64,000 bases of DNA from Sphyrna mokarran. Lineage: Eukaryota. Within the stretch, counting starts at the first letter, position 1. Each line of letters begins with the position of its first letter. Of this stretch, positions 12,281-24,382 are shown piece by piece. The notes beneath the pieces are model-generated. The model had not been told where the DNA came from. It did not search any database and was given only the letters and a program-made list of their open reading frames with translations. The stretch lies in the NCBI GenBank assembly GCA_024679065.1, contig JAGIQG010000008.1, positions 97,278,001-97,342,000 of the forward strand, read 5' to 3'. A program made the position numbers and the translations under genes.

Positions 12281-13185
12281 GGTAGGATTCTCCCCAAAAA
12301 ATGTGTTGAATTTGCGTTTAAAAACAACTAGAGTTAACCATGCTAGATTTTCAAAATAAATCTCCCACACACTCTGCACTGCGGAATGCACTAGCGTGAG
12401 TGAATCTTGCGAAAAATCAATGGGCAGGGCTTATTCCCACTGGAAAGGCCAGCAGCTGTGATGGCTACTGTGCATGTCAGCGCTGAGATCAGGGCATGAG
12501 GAGTGGCCTGCAGTGCCAACCTCCCAATAGCCAGACCACTGGCCAGCACACAGCAACCTTTACATCATTGCCCTCCCCTGCCCACCTCCCCAACTTCCTC
12601 ATGGCCTGATTGCTGGCTCTCTGGACGTGTCTGGGCCAGCCTCATCCACCCCTGCACCCCCCCCCCCTCAATTGCTGTCCACCCTCTCTCTGTCACTGCT
12701 GAGTGCAGTGTGGCAGCAGGACATCCCACACCCTTGGCACTGCCTGATGCCCACTGGAAGTGCCAAGATACCCTTGGAGTTTTGGCACTTTGGGCAATGA
12801 TGGGGCCCCAGGCTAACTCTACCCATCTGGCAGTGTCCACAGGGCACCCCTGACTTCTGCAAGGCCCCACCCCATTCATTCCAATGGGGTTGGGTCGCCA
12901 ATAGGGGACCTATTGTATGCCCTGCTGGAGTGAAATGCTCCTGTCCGGGATGGGGGAGTGGAGGCTGGCGGGCCCGGAGACTTCAGACCGGTGCCCGCTA
13001 ATCACATTCAAATGTCCATTTGTGTAATTTATACAGCTCCACTCCGATTACTGGTATGCAGCTAACGGCGCCGGAAATCCAACTGCCGCAGATTCAGGGA
13101 GGCTGTGGCGCCCTGCGGGATGCCCACTACTCAGCTCCCGTTCGTATCTCCCTGAAGCAGTGCAACAGGCTGGAAGAATCACCCC
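12281..13185. mobile_element. Non-autonomous TIR DNA transposon (Harbinger-like MITE)
   Basis: GC-rich island bounded by imperfect TIRs GGTAGGATTCTCCC and GGAAGAATCACCCC; left flank TTA. Confidence 0.6.
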
Positions 13186-13782
13186 TTTCCCCTCGCCTAG
13201 CCTTCCCCCTACCCCCATGTTAAATGCAAAACAGAGAAAAAATATATGTTCAAAAATGTCTGAAGCTTTGTTAAATTGCATGACAATTTATTTCATATAC
13301 TGTAAATTATGTAAGAACTGAACTCATTATCTTCTGCACGTCCTCCTATTGAAAAAAAAGCACAAGTGGAATCAATTCTCCACAATTATTTCAGAATTTT
13401 GATTCCGGTTGTAAATTCAACTGTGAACATTTGAAAATAAAAGTTTAGTACTTGTGATAAGTTTGAATTTGATTGTGAGAATTTACTACTCACCGTGATC
13501 CTAGTATTTTAATACCCTATTCTAACTATAAGCCTAATTCTAATGCATTAACCGTAACTGTTAAGCCCAAGCCCTAATCATATCCTTAATTCCTTAACAC
13601 TAATCCCAGCATTACCGCTTCCTCTAATTCCTATTAATGCAGTAAATAAATGAAATTTTAAATTTAACATTAGCGTAACAACAATTTTGTTAAGTAGCTG
13701 AGAAAGGAAGTTTACACGTATTCAAACCTCATTTTGTTTCAAGATTTTTTTACAGATACAAAATAGTATGGATGCCATACGG

Positions 13783-13800
13783 ACCCACTAGATGGCAGTT
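13783..13800 (+). promoter_or_regulatory. Candidate CTCF binding site
   Basis: CCACTAGATGGCAG at 13785-13798 closely matches the vertebrate CTCF core motif and lies in apparently unique sequence. Confidence 0.6.
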
Positions 13801-15507
13801 TTGTCTTTCTAAAAGGGAAGACTATTTGATGTTGCCAGAATGCATAAACAACGCTTTACAAATGGATGATAACACATTTAAAATTTAATGGTTTGAGTGT
13901 AGGATGTGAATTCTCCACTTATCACAGCAAATGGGAGGAATCAGTTTTTCTAAGATTCTTGTAACACCTTCCATCGGATCGTGTGCTGCTCACAGGGAAA
14001 TTAATGATGAAATATGCGGATTTGATTCCAAGCTAAAATACCGGTTAAATATATCATTTAATTTTAAGCAGGTTTGAAGAAATAAAAAACAGGAGACTGA
14101 CTTGAATAGTTTTGAACCTACGACAGAGAGACCACCATGTTTGTGGTTACGAGTAACTATCTCACAATAGCATAAATACTAATAACTACCAGAGCAGATC
14201 AGAACCTGAGAATTCTGTGGCAAGTAACTCATCTGAACCCCGAAAGCCAGTTCACCATTTACAAGACACAGGTCAGGGGTTATGATGAATTACTGTCCTT
14301 TTGCCCAGGCGAGTACAGCTCCAACAAGCACTCAAGAAGCTCAACAGGGTAAAGCAGCCCGCTTGACTGGCACCCCATCACCATTTTAGGCATTCACTTG
14401 CTAGACCCTTAGCACACGATAGCAGCAATGTGCACCATCTATAACATGCACTGCAATAACTCACCAAGGCACCTTCAGTAGCACCTTCCAAATCAATGAT
14501 CTCTACTGGAAAAGGGCAAGGGTAGCAGATGCATGAAAATGCCGCCACTTGTGAGATCCCCCCAAGCCTACACACCAGACTGACTTGAAGCTTAAAAGCC
14601 AGTTCTTTACTGTGAGCTGGTCAAAATCTTGGAACTGTCTTCCTATGGATGTATCCACATCAGATTCAAAACAGCAATTCGAGAAAGTGGTTCACCCCCC
14701 CCCCCACCTTCTCAAATATAAATGGGGATGAATGACAAATACTGGTCAACAATGCTCATATCCCACGAAAGAATAATATAAACCTTAACCTTAAACCAAC
14801 AATAAAGCTAATGCTGTGGCTCTAACTTTAAGCCTAAACCCAAATATCCTTTTGCTAGGTGGATGAAATTAGGTCCAAAAACAATTAAAGTGAGAACTTG
14901 TCAAAAACTGTAAATGTTCGGGATTATGTAATTTAGCAGCGTAGTTCTGAGATGGATAACGGATAAGACATTGTCCCATCAGCAGAAATTTACATGCATA
15001 TTCTGATTTGTCTAAGCATCTTATCTGGAGATGGATAATGGCAAACTGACCTGGACAAAAGGCAATAGAAAACACGAGAGAACCAAAAATGTCAGATTCC
15101 ATAGATTATTAAACTCAAACGGGAATTTATAAACAAGACAATACAATCTCTGTCCTAATCCCCAACTATTATCCTGACACAATACAGCCAGCCCTACTCA
15201 TAACCTTAGCCTTACTCTAACCTAACCCAATTTGGAAGCTTAATTTTCTGGGGTAGCCTTGAACCCTAACCTCCAATCTTCAACTCTGAACCCCAAACAC
15301 TAAAACTGAGCTCTGAACCTCTGATCGGGATTGGAATTCCCATTTTCGACCCTGGTCGGGCAGAAAAATGCTCATGAACTTCCCCTGATTTTTCTGGGCA
15401 GTACTTCTGATGGGGGCTGCAGCCTAACAGACGCAGTAGAGGAAGTATAGGAGAGAGCAGTGAAGCGAAGCCCTGGAGAAGACATTCCCCCCTGTTTACT
15501 GTATGAG

Positions 15508-15606
15508 CTCAGTAAGAATTTAGCAACACCAATTTTAAATCCAACTGATTTATTTGATAGTAAATCTGCGAGCTTTCGACACTCTTGTGCCTTCGTCAGG
15601 CAAATG
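15508..15606 (-). mobile_element. Penelope pLTR fragment (may extend to about 15800)
   Basis: starts CTCAGTAAGAATTTAGCAACACC exactly like 61409 and is homologous through the ribozyme. Confidence 0.85.
15564..15605 (-). ncRNA. Minimal type-I hammerhead ribozyme
   Basis: reverse complement reads AUUUGC-CUGACGA-A-GGCAC-aaga-GUGUC-GAAA-GCU-C-GCAGAU: 6-bp stem I, 5-bp stem II. Confidence 0.8.
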
Positions 15607-17502
15607 AGCTGCCATATTCCATTAAATAGAGTTTAAATGTCCCAAAGCTACAAAGAGAGAAGGTAAGAGTGCAAAAAGGTAAAGGTGGTAAAGCTAAGTT
15701 GGGGTCGGGAGGAAATCGAGATTTTAGTGAATTGTGAGTTCCTGTCAAGTGCGAGTGAGTCCAAAGATCAGGGTGGAGTTTGAGGTCAATCATTTGATTA
15801 CCCAGGAGTTAGTCTCAGATTTATCTGTGTAATGTTTTCTGGGCAGGTATTTAAACATGTACATCAGACTGTAACTCGGACTTTGATACTTGGAGGGTAC
15901 TGAGGATCGGGGGAATTACCCATCTGAAGTTCAAACTTCCTAGGCAATTCCCAGAGCGGACATCCGAGGGGTCTCCTACTGCATCTTGGAGGGGAAGGGG
16001 TAAGACACGTATGATCTCTGACTATCCAGAGGCTGGAAGATTTGGGCTGGTATGCTTAGGGAATAAGTATAGAGACAGCGAAAGAGCAAAAAAAAGGAAA
16101 AGGAGATGGAGAGATTAAATAATTAAAGAGGTTGTGGTGAAAGGCTATAGACGCTGGCAATAGGGCAAATAAAGAAATAAAGTATTGAGAGAAGGTGAAA
16201 TGTGAAAACAGAGTTCATCACCAGCAATTGCTGCAAACTTTAAATAACACTCGAAAGGTGGAGCCGCCCTCTGTGTTTTCAGCATTTTCTGTTCTTATTT
16301 CAGAATTCCAGGATATTCCCGTCAGGGGCCGATGAAAAACCGTTCTGCATCCTAATAATGGGAGCTCTTAGGGGGGAGAGAGAGAAATGCTGCAGGATCA
16401 CTGAGTGGGTAAACTGGTATAGAGTGGGAGAATGGGACGGACAGAAGTGGCGCACAGAAAGTGCTGAGTGTTCAGATGTAAATGGGGGATGGGAATGGGG
16501 TTCAGAGGGAGGGGATCTGTGGTGTCATCCACTGAGTTCATGGGAACATACTGAACTGGTGATAGGAAGGGATGATGTGAGTTAGACGGGACAATGAAAG
16601 CCAATAGGGTGGGTTGGTGAGGGTTCAATAGTGACGGCTGAAGGGACACTGAGGGGATGCAGAAGGAGAAGTGGATTCTGGAGATCGGCAGGATGTAGGG
16701 AGGGCAGATCTACCATTATGGGATTGGGGGCCTTGGGGAGGGATGGATTGTGGACATTCAGCTGCACAAGCTGGAGGATGAGGGGATGGGTTAAAGGGTA
16801 ACCATGAAAACATGAGAAGGTTAAATGTTACACCTGGGGCCAGGGGTTAATGGTTATGGGATGAGAGTGTGGGTAACAGTGGGAGAAGTAAAAATATTTG
16901 ATTGAATGCCAAAGGTACAAATAGCCACTTGCAACTATCTAGAGCTTGGTGCCACAAGGGACGGGAAGAAGGGGAACCATTTTGGAAAAGGACCACACAA
17001 AATTCCCCAAGTTTGATTAATCCTCAAGATGGTTGAAGTACCACCTAGAGGACAAGGTATCCAGCCTCAAATGTTCGAGGGGAAGTAATAACAGGAATGC
17101 CATGAGCTCTCAACTTTTGTTTCATTTCACATTACTTGAGTCTAGTTTTAAGACCAATCCCATTTTGCAAAGAGTGTGAATAAAGGATCGAAGAAAAAGT
17201 TTTGCAATCATTAACCTTCATTCATTTTAGCTTCCATTGTTTAATAACTAAGCCGACGCTAACTTGAGACAGAGTTGAGCTCTCAATGATTTTCCAGTGC
17301 TTTGGGGCGTTGCGCAATAGTCACCCACCATAAACAACTTTCAAGAATGTACATCTATGTTTATTGCCTGTGGATCACTGAGCTGGAACTTCTATGCATC
17401 GCGCGTGCTTTTTCCTACGTTACAATCATGTATAAGGACAGCTTGTGCCATCAAATGAGGACTAATATTATCACGCGAACCCTCTGCACAGTAGGAAACC
17501 AT

Positions 17503-17649
17503 GATGTACAGATGCCGGCGTTGGATTGGGGTGGTAAGAACTCAGTAAGAATTTAGCAACACCAATTTATAATCCAACCGATTTATTTGATAGTAAAAAA
17601 GCGAGCTTTCGACTCCTGTGTCTTCCTCAGGCCTGCTAAATTCTTACTG
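17503..17649 (-). mobile_element. Penelope pLTR-only insertion with a short inverted end (same subfamily as 61409-63294)
   Basis: near-identical to the reverse complement of 63164-63292; inverted TGCTAAATTCTTACTG(AG) at 17634-17651; 13-bp duplication AGTAGGAAACCAT at 17490-17502 and 17650-17662. Confidence 0.92.
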
Positions 17650-18004
17650 AGTAGGAAACCATACAGGCCCATTGTAGCTATCGTACTGAAGGGTTTTTGA
17701 TGCACTGAGTAGCGGCGTCTTTGCCTCTGAGCTAGAAGCTGTGGCTTCGAGTGCCACCCAATTCTCGATGACCAAGGAAGGTACATTTTTAATGTGATCA
17801 ACAGGGTGAGTTATCAACCTCCAAAATTCTTCCAATATATGCCGCTAAGAGGTGGTAAGAGCGGGAGAGACTCCTGTCGGCCGTATTTTTGGAGAGATTT
17901 TCCTCAAACTCAAGCTGCTAGAGAACTATTTCCCGGGAGGTGGGGGGCGGAATCATTGCGGGAACAGATGAAAGTCTGCCTTGTTGTGCACCATTAGCTG
18001 ACGG

Positions 18005-18496
18005 AAGGAAAACAACAGCCTATGTTCACTCAGTTTGGGGAACCATCTCAGGCTCATATGCTTGTTTAGGTTTACATGCCTTTGCTTCTTATTCTGGGGC
18101 AGAACTTCAATTCATACCGAATGCCAAAATGAAAATAAGAGTGCAGAGAGTAAAATAACATCTTCAATGAATGAATTGTTCCAATAGCAGCAGTGTTGAG
18201 ATAGGCAAGCAACTTTTTCAAAAAATGCCACGCATTTGCAGATAGGGAAAGTACAACTCTATAGCTACCTGCCACATCCTGGGGATGGCGGTGTTGCATT
18301 GCAAAAAACACAAACCGAAAAACAGACCAAGCTCCTGTTGTTAAAGTCAGAGAGCGGTCGGTGTATTTGGGGGAGGAGATGAAAATCCTTCAATGTTGAC
18401 ATAATACATAGAAAAGTCAGCCAAATTTCTGAGAAGTATCTCTCCTGTCTCCTTGACGAAGCTGTAGCAACAACAGAAAAGAGAGAATTAATCAAA
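18005..18496 (+). pseudogene. Possible heavily decayed TRIM (RING/B-box) first coding exon
   Basis: broken frames give KENNSLCSLSL..LICLFRFTCLCFLFW..HTECQ, LHCKKH..KLL..QRAVGVFG and LDEAVATTEKRELIK|gtaagc, in RING, B-box, donor order; many key Cys/His residues are lost. Confidence 0.3.
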
Positions 18497-18883
18497 GTAA
18501 GCAAACAAACTGAATGAAAGAATTGTTTCCACTGTTGCTAGTGGGTACTCACAGTAACATCCTTCTAACCCCTTCTGGCATTTTCCACCGCAGACAATGG
18601 GGCCTTGCATGACTTGATGCAGAGTTATTCAATATGGGTTCAATTTCTGAAAAATGTATGAGTTGAAACTTTTGCTGTAACAGTGAGAATGATCTATAAA
18701 ATGGTCCTGACTATCCATCATCTATTGTTACATGTGACCATAGTGACTATAACTCGGTAAGGTTTAAGGTAGTAATGGAAAAGGACAAAGATGGGAGGCA
18801 GTAAAGGTTCTGAATTGTGATAGGATAAAACAGGACCTGGCCAAAGTGGTCTGGAAACAGATACTTGTAGGAAAATTCACATC

Positions 18884-19155
18884 CACGGGTGGCACAGTGG
18901 TTAGCACTGCTGCCTATCAGAACCAGGGACTTGGGTTCGATTCCTGGCTTGGGTCACTGTCTGTGTGGAGTTAGAGTGTTCTCCTTGTGTCTGCGTGGGT
19001 TTCCTCCGGGTGCTCCGGTTTCCTCCTACATTCAAAAAGACTTGGTTAGGTGCATTGATCCGAATCCCCGATCTGTGGCGATTAGGGGATTTTCACAGTA
19101 ACTTAATTGCAGTGTTAATGTAAGTCTTACTTGTGATGCTAAATAAACTTTACTT
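18884..19155 (+). mobile_element. HE1-type tRNA/V-SINE, Rex1-like tail variant
   Basis: GTGGCACAGTGGTTAGCACTG (A box), GGGTTCGATTCC (B box), V-domain, same tail as 1703-1974. Confidence 0.92.
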
Positions 19156-19159
19156 TATC

Positions 19160-19865
19160 AGGGCAGTGGAAGTCATCCAAAAAGGATATAGCATACAAAG
19201 CCAATATATTCCTGTAAAGGGTAGAACGAATAAGTCCGAAGAACCTGGATGTCAAGGGATATAAAGGAGAGACAAACAGAAGCAGGGATGTACTGCTGAG
19301 GTTTTATAAAGTTCTGGTCAGACCACATTTAGAATATTATGAGCAATTTTGGATCCTGTATCTAAGGAAGGATGGCTCAGAGAAGGTCCAGAGTAGGTTC
19401 ATGAGAATGATCCCTGGAATGAAGGGCTTGACATATAAGGAGCAATTGAGAACTTTGGATCTGTACTTGATGGAATTTAAAATGATGAGGATGATCTCAC
19501 TGAAACTTACAGAATACTTAAAAGCCTAGACAGAGTGGAAGTGGGGAAGATGTTTCCATTAGGAGGCGAGATTCAATCCGAGGGGAGTGTCAGAATGGAG
19601 AGTCGATCCTTTAGAACTGAATTGAGAATGAATTTCTTCAGCCAGAAGGCAGTGAATCTATGGAATTCGTTGCCACAGAAGGCTGTGGAGGCCAGGTCAT
19701 TGAGCGCATTTAAGATAGGATAGGTTCTTGATTCATAAAGGGATCAAAGGTTATGGAGAAAAGACGGGAGAATAGAGTTGAGAAACTTGTCAGCCATGAT
19801 TGAATGGCAGAAGAGATTTGATGGGCTGAAAGGTCTAATTCTGCTCCTACATCTTATGATCTGAT
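19160..19865 (+). mobile_element. CR1-clade LINE 3' fragment
   Basis: decayed LVRPHLEY..FW and NFFSQKAVNLWNSLPQ, plus CR1-type 3' UTR. Confidence 0.88.
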
Positions 19866-22119
19866 AGACCCCAACGGTTTTTCTATTTTTTCTTTTTATT
19901 ACTTTTTCAGTCGAGCCTCATAATATACTTTGGTTTTCCTGTTCTGACACCCTAACAATAGAGAAACAATATTTCACAGCATTGTTAAGATGGACCCTCC
20001 AGAAAGCCAAACTTCTCATTGATACATGCACTTTATGAGATCTCTGTTGTCTATTTAGAAGAGCCAGCTGTGTTTTTATAGGGGGCTGAGCATCATTCAA
20101 AACTTAACTCCACTGAATCTAGCAGTGCATTGCCTACTTCATTTTCTATTGTCCATGAAGAGTCCTCCACCGAGGATGCCTTGCCTAAGTACATGTTACA
20201 GTCCATGGAGCATCACACTCTTGAAAGGCTGGCTCCATACTTTAGTCCCAGCTGAAAGCCTTCTTTAAAGGGCACCCCAGTGCACAATAGTTCACCAGAT
20301 AATCCCCTCCAGCACACACCTCTCCTCACACACCATTCCGGGCACTGGCCCCCTGGGAGGATTGATGCAGAATCCCGATATAGATGCTGCTCTGAAACTT
20401 CAAGGGATTGATGGATCATTGGTTGTGTGGCGTTGAATGGTAAAGACATTCAGATCATGGTGTCCGTTTTCTCCTTCCCAATATAAATTGCATTTTTGAA
20501 CATTAAAACCAAGTGTTGTTTCTTATATTGGCTCCGAAATCCCAAGGAATTTGCAGATTTAAAAGACGATTTTTGATTGTTGCTTAGTCGGATGGTGCAT
20601 CGTCTAACTTGTTAGTTGTGCATTTGTGAAAATGAATGAGCAGATGCATCACGTGCAGATTGCTTTTCTGTTTTTCAAGCCACAATACGTGTTTTCATAG
20701 GGGCATGTGAAAGGATCGTGATACACAGCAATGCATTTGATAATGCTGTTATAATGCTGTAAAACTGAGGTTATATTATGAGGAAAATAGGCACCATATA
20801 TATTTGTAAACAAATTTTTACATGTTGTGGATAAGTGAGCAGTGGGAATGGCGTCTCTTTGAAAGAAGCTGCATTTATTACTTTTGAATTCTTCTAGTCG
20901 CTCAATCCAGGAATGCGAGTCTATCAGTTGTCAGCAGCTTGCAAAAATAGATGATATATTTCCTAATTCAAAAACATTGTTTCTCGACTTGCGGTCTTCG
21001 CAATGTGTTACTTGTTCTGGCATTACCGAACTCGCAATATTTGCCATCTTGCATTCACAGAAGAGACAAACTGTCCAGAAGGACGATTATTTAAGCAGGC
21101 ATGTTTCAACAGGAAAAGAAGCTCTGATCAATGTGTGCATTTTCTTGACTTTGACCTTCGTGTGCCAGGGTGGGGCGCAAAAATGAAACTGAACACGGAG
21201 CCTTGCTACACTGCCACACGACAGCAGAATTAGAATAACTAATATTCAAAACAGTAAACAGCTTCTGTTAGCGTTAACACCACATTTACACAAGGAAAAC
21301 ACTGATTTTCTGGATATCACAGTATTCAAATTAGTACATGAAATCGACAAGCATAAACCAGCGACTGTAGTATTTTTCAAAGCAACTGACACACATTTCT
21401 ACATTGAAAAAGCTATCACCCTAAACGCGCCTCCCAGCAGCTTGTGTAGTTACAGCTGGTGTGATTCCATTGCAGATGCACAAAGATTGAAGATTTTAAC
21501 TAGGCATCTGCCAACATTCTCACTGCACCGAGAGAAGTTACAGCAAATGTGTGCTCAAGCCTGTCAAGTATTGAGAAGGAATTAGATGATCTGTAGCCAG
21601 GAAGCAGCAATCTTAATTAGTCATAAAAAGTTGCAAAATGGCCTAATAAATTAATAAAATAATTTAAAACCTTTTGGGGGGAAAAAAGAAGACGAGACTG
21701 TAAATACACTTAATCAGTAAAGCATAACATCCGCTTTTTAAAGAGGCAAGAATAAGGATGCTGGCAATGTGGGACGTGTAAACACTTAAAATTCAGCAAG
21801 TGATACAAAACAGGAGCCTTAATAAACATAGACATGTGAACAATATAATGTAATCTACACTATCTGATGCTTGCAGCGCCATGTTCTATATATAGAGGAC
21901 AAACAGACCCTTCTTTCAGATCCAGAATTACCAGCGGAAATCAATGCGATTAATCCAGGAAATGAAGACAAAGCGTTTGTCAGGCATTTCGTGCATTAGG
22001 AGAGATTCTGGTGCTTAAAGCCAATGGGAACCCGACAACATCACTAAACAAAAGGGGAGTGAGAGCCGGAGGATTGCAAATTCAGAAATTCAATTACCAA
22101 ATGGCATTAATTGACTTTC

Positions 22120-23050
22120 AAGTTTGCTGATGGCATAGTGGGTAGGATCTCAAACAACGATGAGACAGAATAAAGGAATGAGATAGAGAATCTGGTGAAC
22201 TGGTTCCATGACAATAATCTATCCCTCAATGTCAACAAAATGAGGGAGATAGTTATTGACCTCATGGAGAACATGCCCCTGTTTCTACTAATGGGGATAA
22301 AGTAGAAACTGTCGAGAGATTCAAATTTTTAGTTGTCCAGATCACCAACAACCTATCCTGGTTCCCCACTGCCGACACTATAATAAAGAAAGCACACCAA
22401 TGCCTCTACTTTCTCAGAAGACTAAGGAAATTTGGCATGTCAGCTGTGACTCACCAACTTTTACAGATGCACAATAGAAAGCATTCTTTCTGGATGTACC
22501 ACAGCATGGTATTATTCCTGCTCTGCCCAAGATCACAAGAAACTACAAAAGGTCGTGAATATAGCCCAATCCATTGACTCAGTCTACACTTCCCACTGCT
22601 TTGGAAAAGCAACCAGCATAATTAAGGACCCCACGCACCTTGGACATATTCTCTTCCATCTTCTTCCAAAAGGAAAAAGATAAAAAAAATTTGAGCTCAC
22701 AATCCAACCAACCCAAGAGCAGTTTCTTCCTTGCTGCCATCAGACTTTGTTGCCAAATATTAACCATATTAAATAAGCTTTTTTCCAATTTACAGCAATC
22801 AATATGGCATCTCAAAAAAAATGCACATCTAATGTTCAGCCATCATGTTCCATAGTATTTCAGTTAAAATGTATCTTTAAAGCAGTCATTTAAAAACAAG
22901 GTCCCATCAAAACTCATGGCTCTCTTTCATACTCAGTTGATCTTTCTGTACACCGTAGCTATGACTGTAACACTACATTCTACACTCTCTTCTTTCCTTC
23001 ACTATGAATGGTACGGTTTGTCTCTATAATGCACAAGAAATAATACAGTA
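22120..23050 (+). mobile_element. Rex1/Babar-clade LINE 3' fragment
   Basis: decayed KFAD..VGRISNNDETE..EIENLVNW..NNLSLNVNK..EIVID and KKAHQCLYFLRRLRKFGMS. Confidence 0.85.
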
Positions 23051-24147
23051 TGCTAATACATATGACAATATTTTATTTTCTTCTACTCAAATACAAAGGA
23101 GGAAACGTCTTGTCCAAATCCAAAACTAAGAACAAAATGCCCAAAAACTGCTGCGTGAAATGGTGCCTAACACTAAATCCCTATCCTAAATGCAAACTGA
23201 CACATTAATCCTAATATTTACTCACATCTCACAATATTAACCTCAGGCACCAACCCATAATATAACCCTTAAGTTGTGTGTGTGCGTGGCTATTTGGAAA
23301 CCTTAAAACTTGCAATGCAATAGACAGGCCACACTTACCAAAAGGGAATTAATAGGTAACATATGTCCACATCCTATCTTAATGCTGTAGGTTCTTTCTC
23401 TTTGGGTATATGTCTGATTACCACACATTCACAAAATGAAAATGAAGTGAAAATACAGAAGATAAAATTTTAAACTAGATGCAGGATTAAACTAGATCCA
23501 GGTCTGGATTTTGCAGGGAGGTTTAAGAGTAAACTGTCAACAATCGCCATCCACAACCCTCTGGAATTGATTGTAACTTCACTATTTGATTCATGGATAT
23601 TTAGTCCTGAAATTCCCCTTCTGTCATTTGCTGCTCCATCATAGGCTGTGCTGTGTACTGCCCCTCCCCCTTCTCCTCCCACTCTCCTGCCAACCCAGCA
23701 ACCAGTCGGGTGTAACTGGGTTTTTAATGGCAATGCAAAAAATAATGAATGTTAAAAACCAGATTTTTATAATTGTGGAGTGTTGATAAATGTCCTTGTT
23801 ATGATTACTATGTTCTGAAGCTACATTTTTAAAATCATAATTTTGAAAGAGCGTTTTGCATGTTACTTCACCTTCCACTGTCACCCCATGTCAATGATGC
23901 AAGATTTATTTTGAATTAATTAACATTTTTTAAATAAAGAAATTTAATTTTGGTACCTTTCATTTCCTGATTGGTTGTCTGTGAGAATTTTTTAATGTTG
24001 GACAGCTGGTTGGCAGCCCTGCAACTCCTCATTAATCTATGCTACATCCCACTGCATGGCAAGGCACTAGATTTCTCAACACAACTTTCTTTGAGGCCAG
24101 TGGTCTTTGCTCCTTTGGAGACCACAAACAATCCAAATCCAAATCAA

Positions 24148-24378
24148 ATCTCTCTCCCCACCTACCCCTTCCGCCCCTCATTCTCTTCTCCCCTTTCTTT
24201 TCTTCCTATCTTTGTCTCTCTTCTCCCCATTTCTTTCTTCCCCTCTCTCTCGCTTCTCCCCACCTCTCTCTTTTCACCCACTCATTCTCTTCTCCCCCTT
24301 GCTCTCTCTTTCGCTCTTTTCTCCCCCCACGCCCCCCACCTCCCCCTTATCCACCCTCTCTCTCTTCTCCTCCTCTCT
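24148..24378. repeat. Polypyrimidine low-complexity tract (others at 36790-37010 and 59850-60080)
   Basis: almost purely C/T on the + strand. Confidence 0.85.
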
Positions 24379-24382
24379 AAAT

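Noticed and set aside
18884-18950. tRNA gene calls at A/B-box sequences
   Set aside because: They are SINE heads that continue into the V-domain and a LINE-like tail.
20650-21047. Minus-strand frame of about 130 codons with a single stop (MANIASS..WIERLEEFK..)
   Set aside because: No recognisable domain or splice structure, and runs this long are expected by chance in 64 kb.
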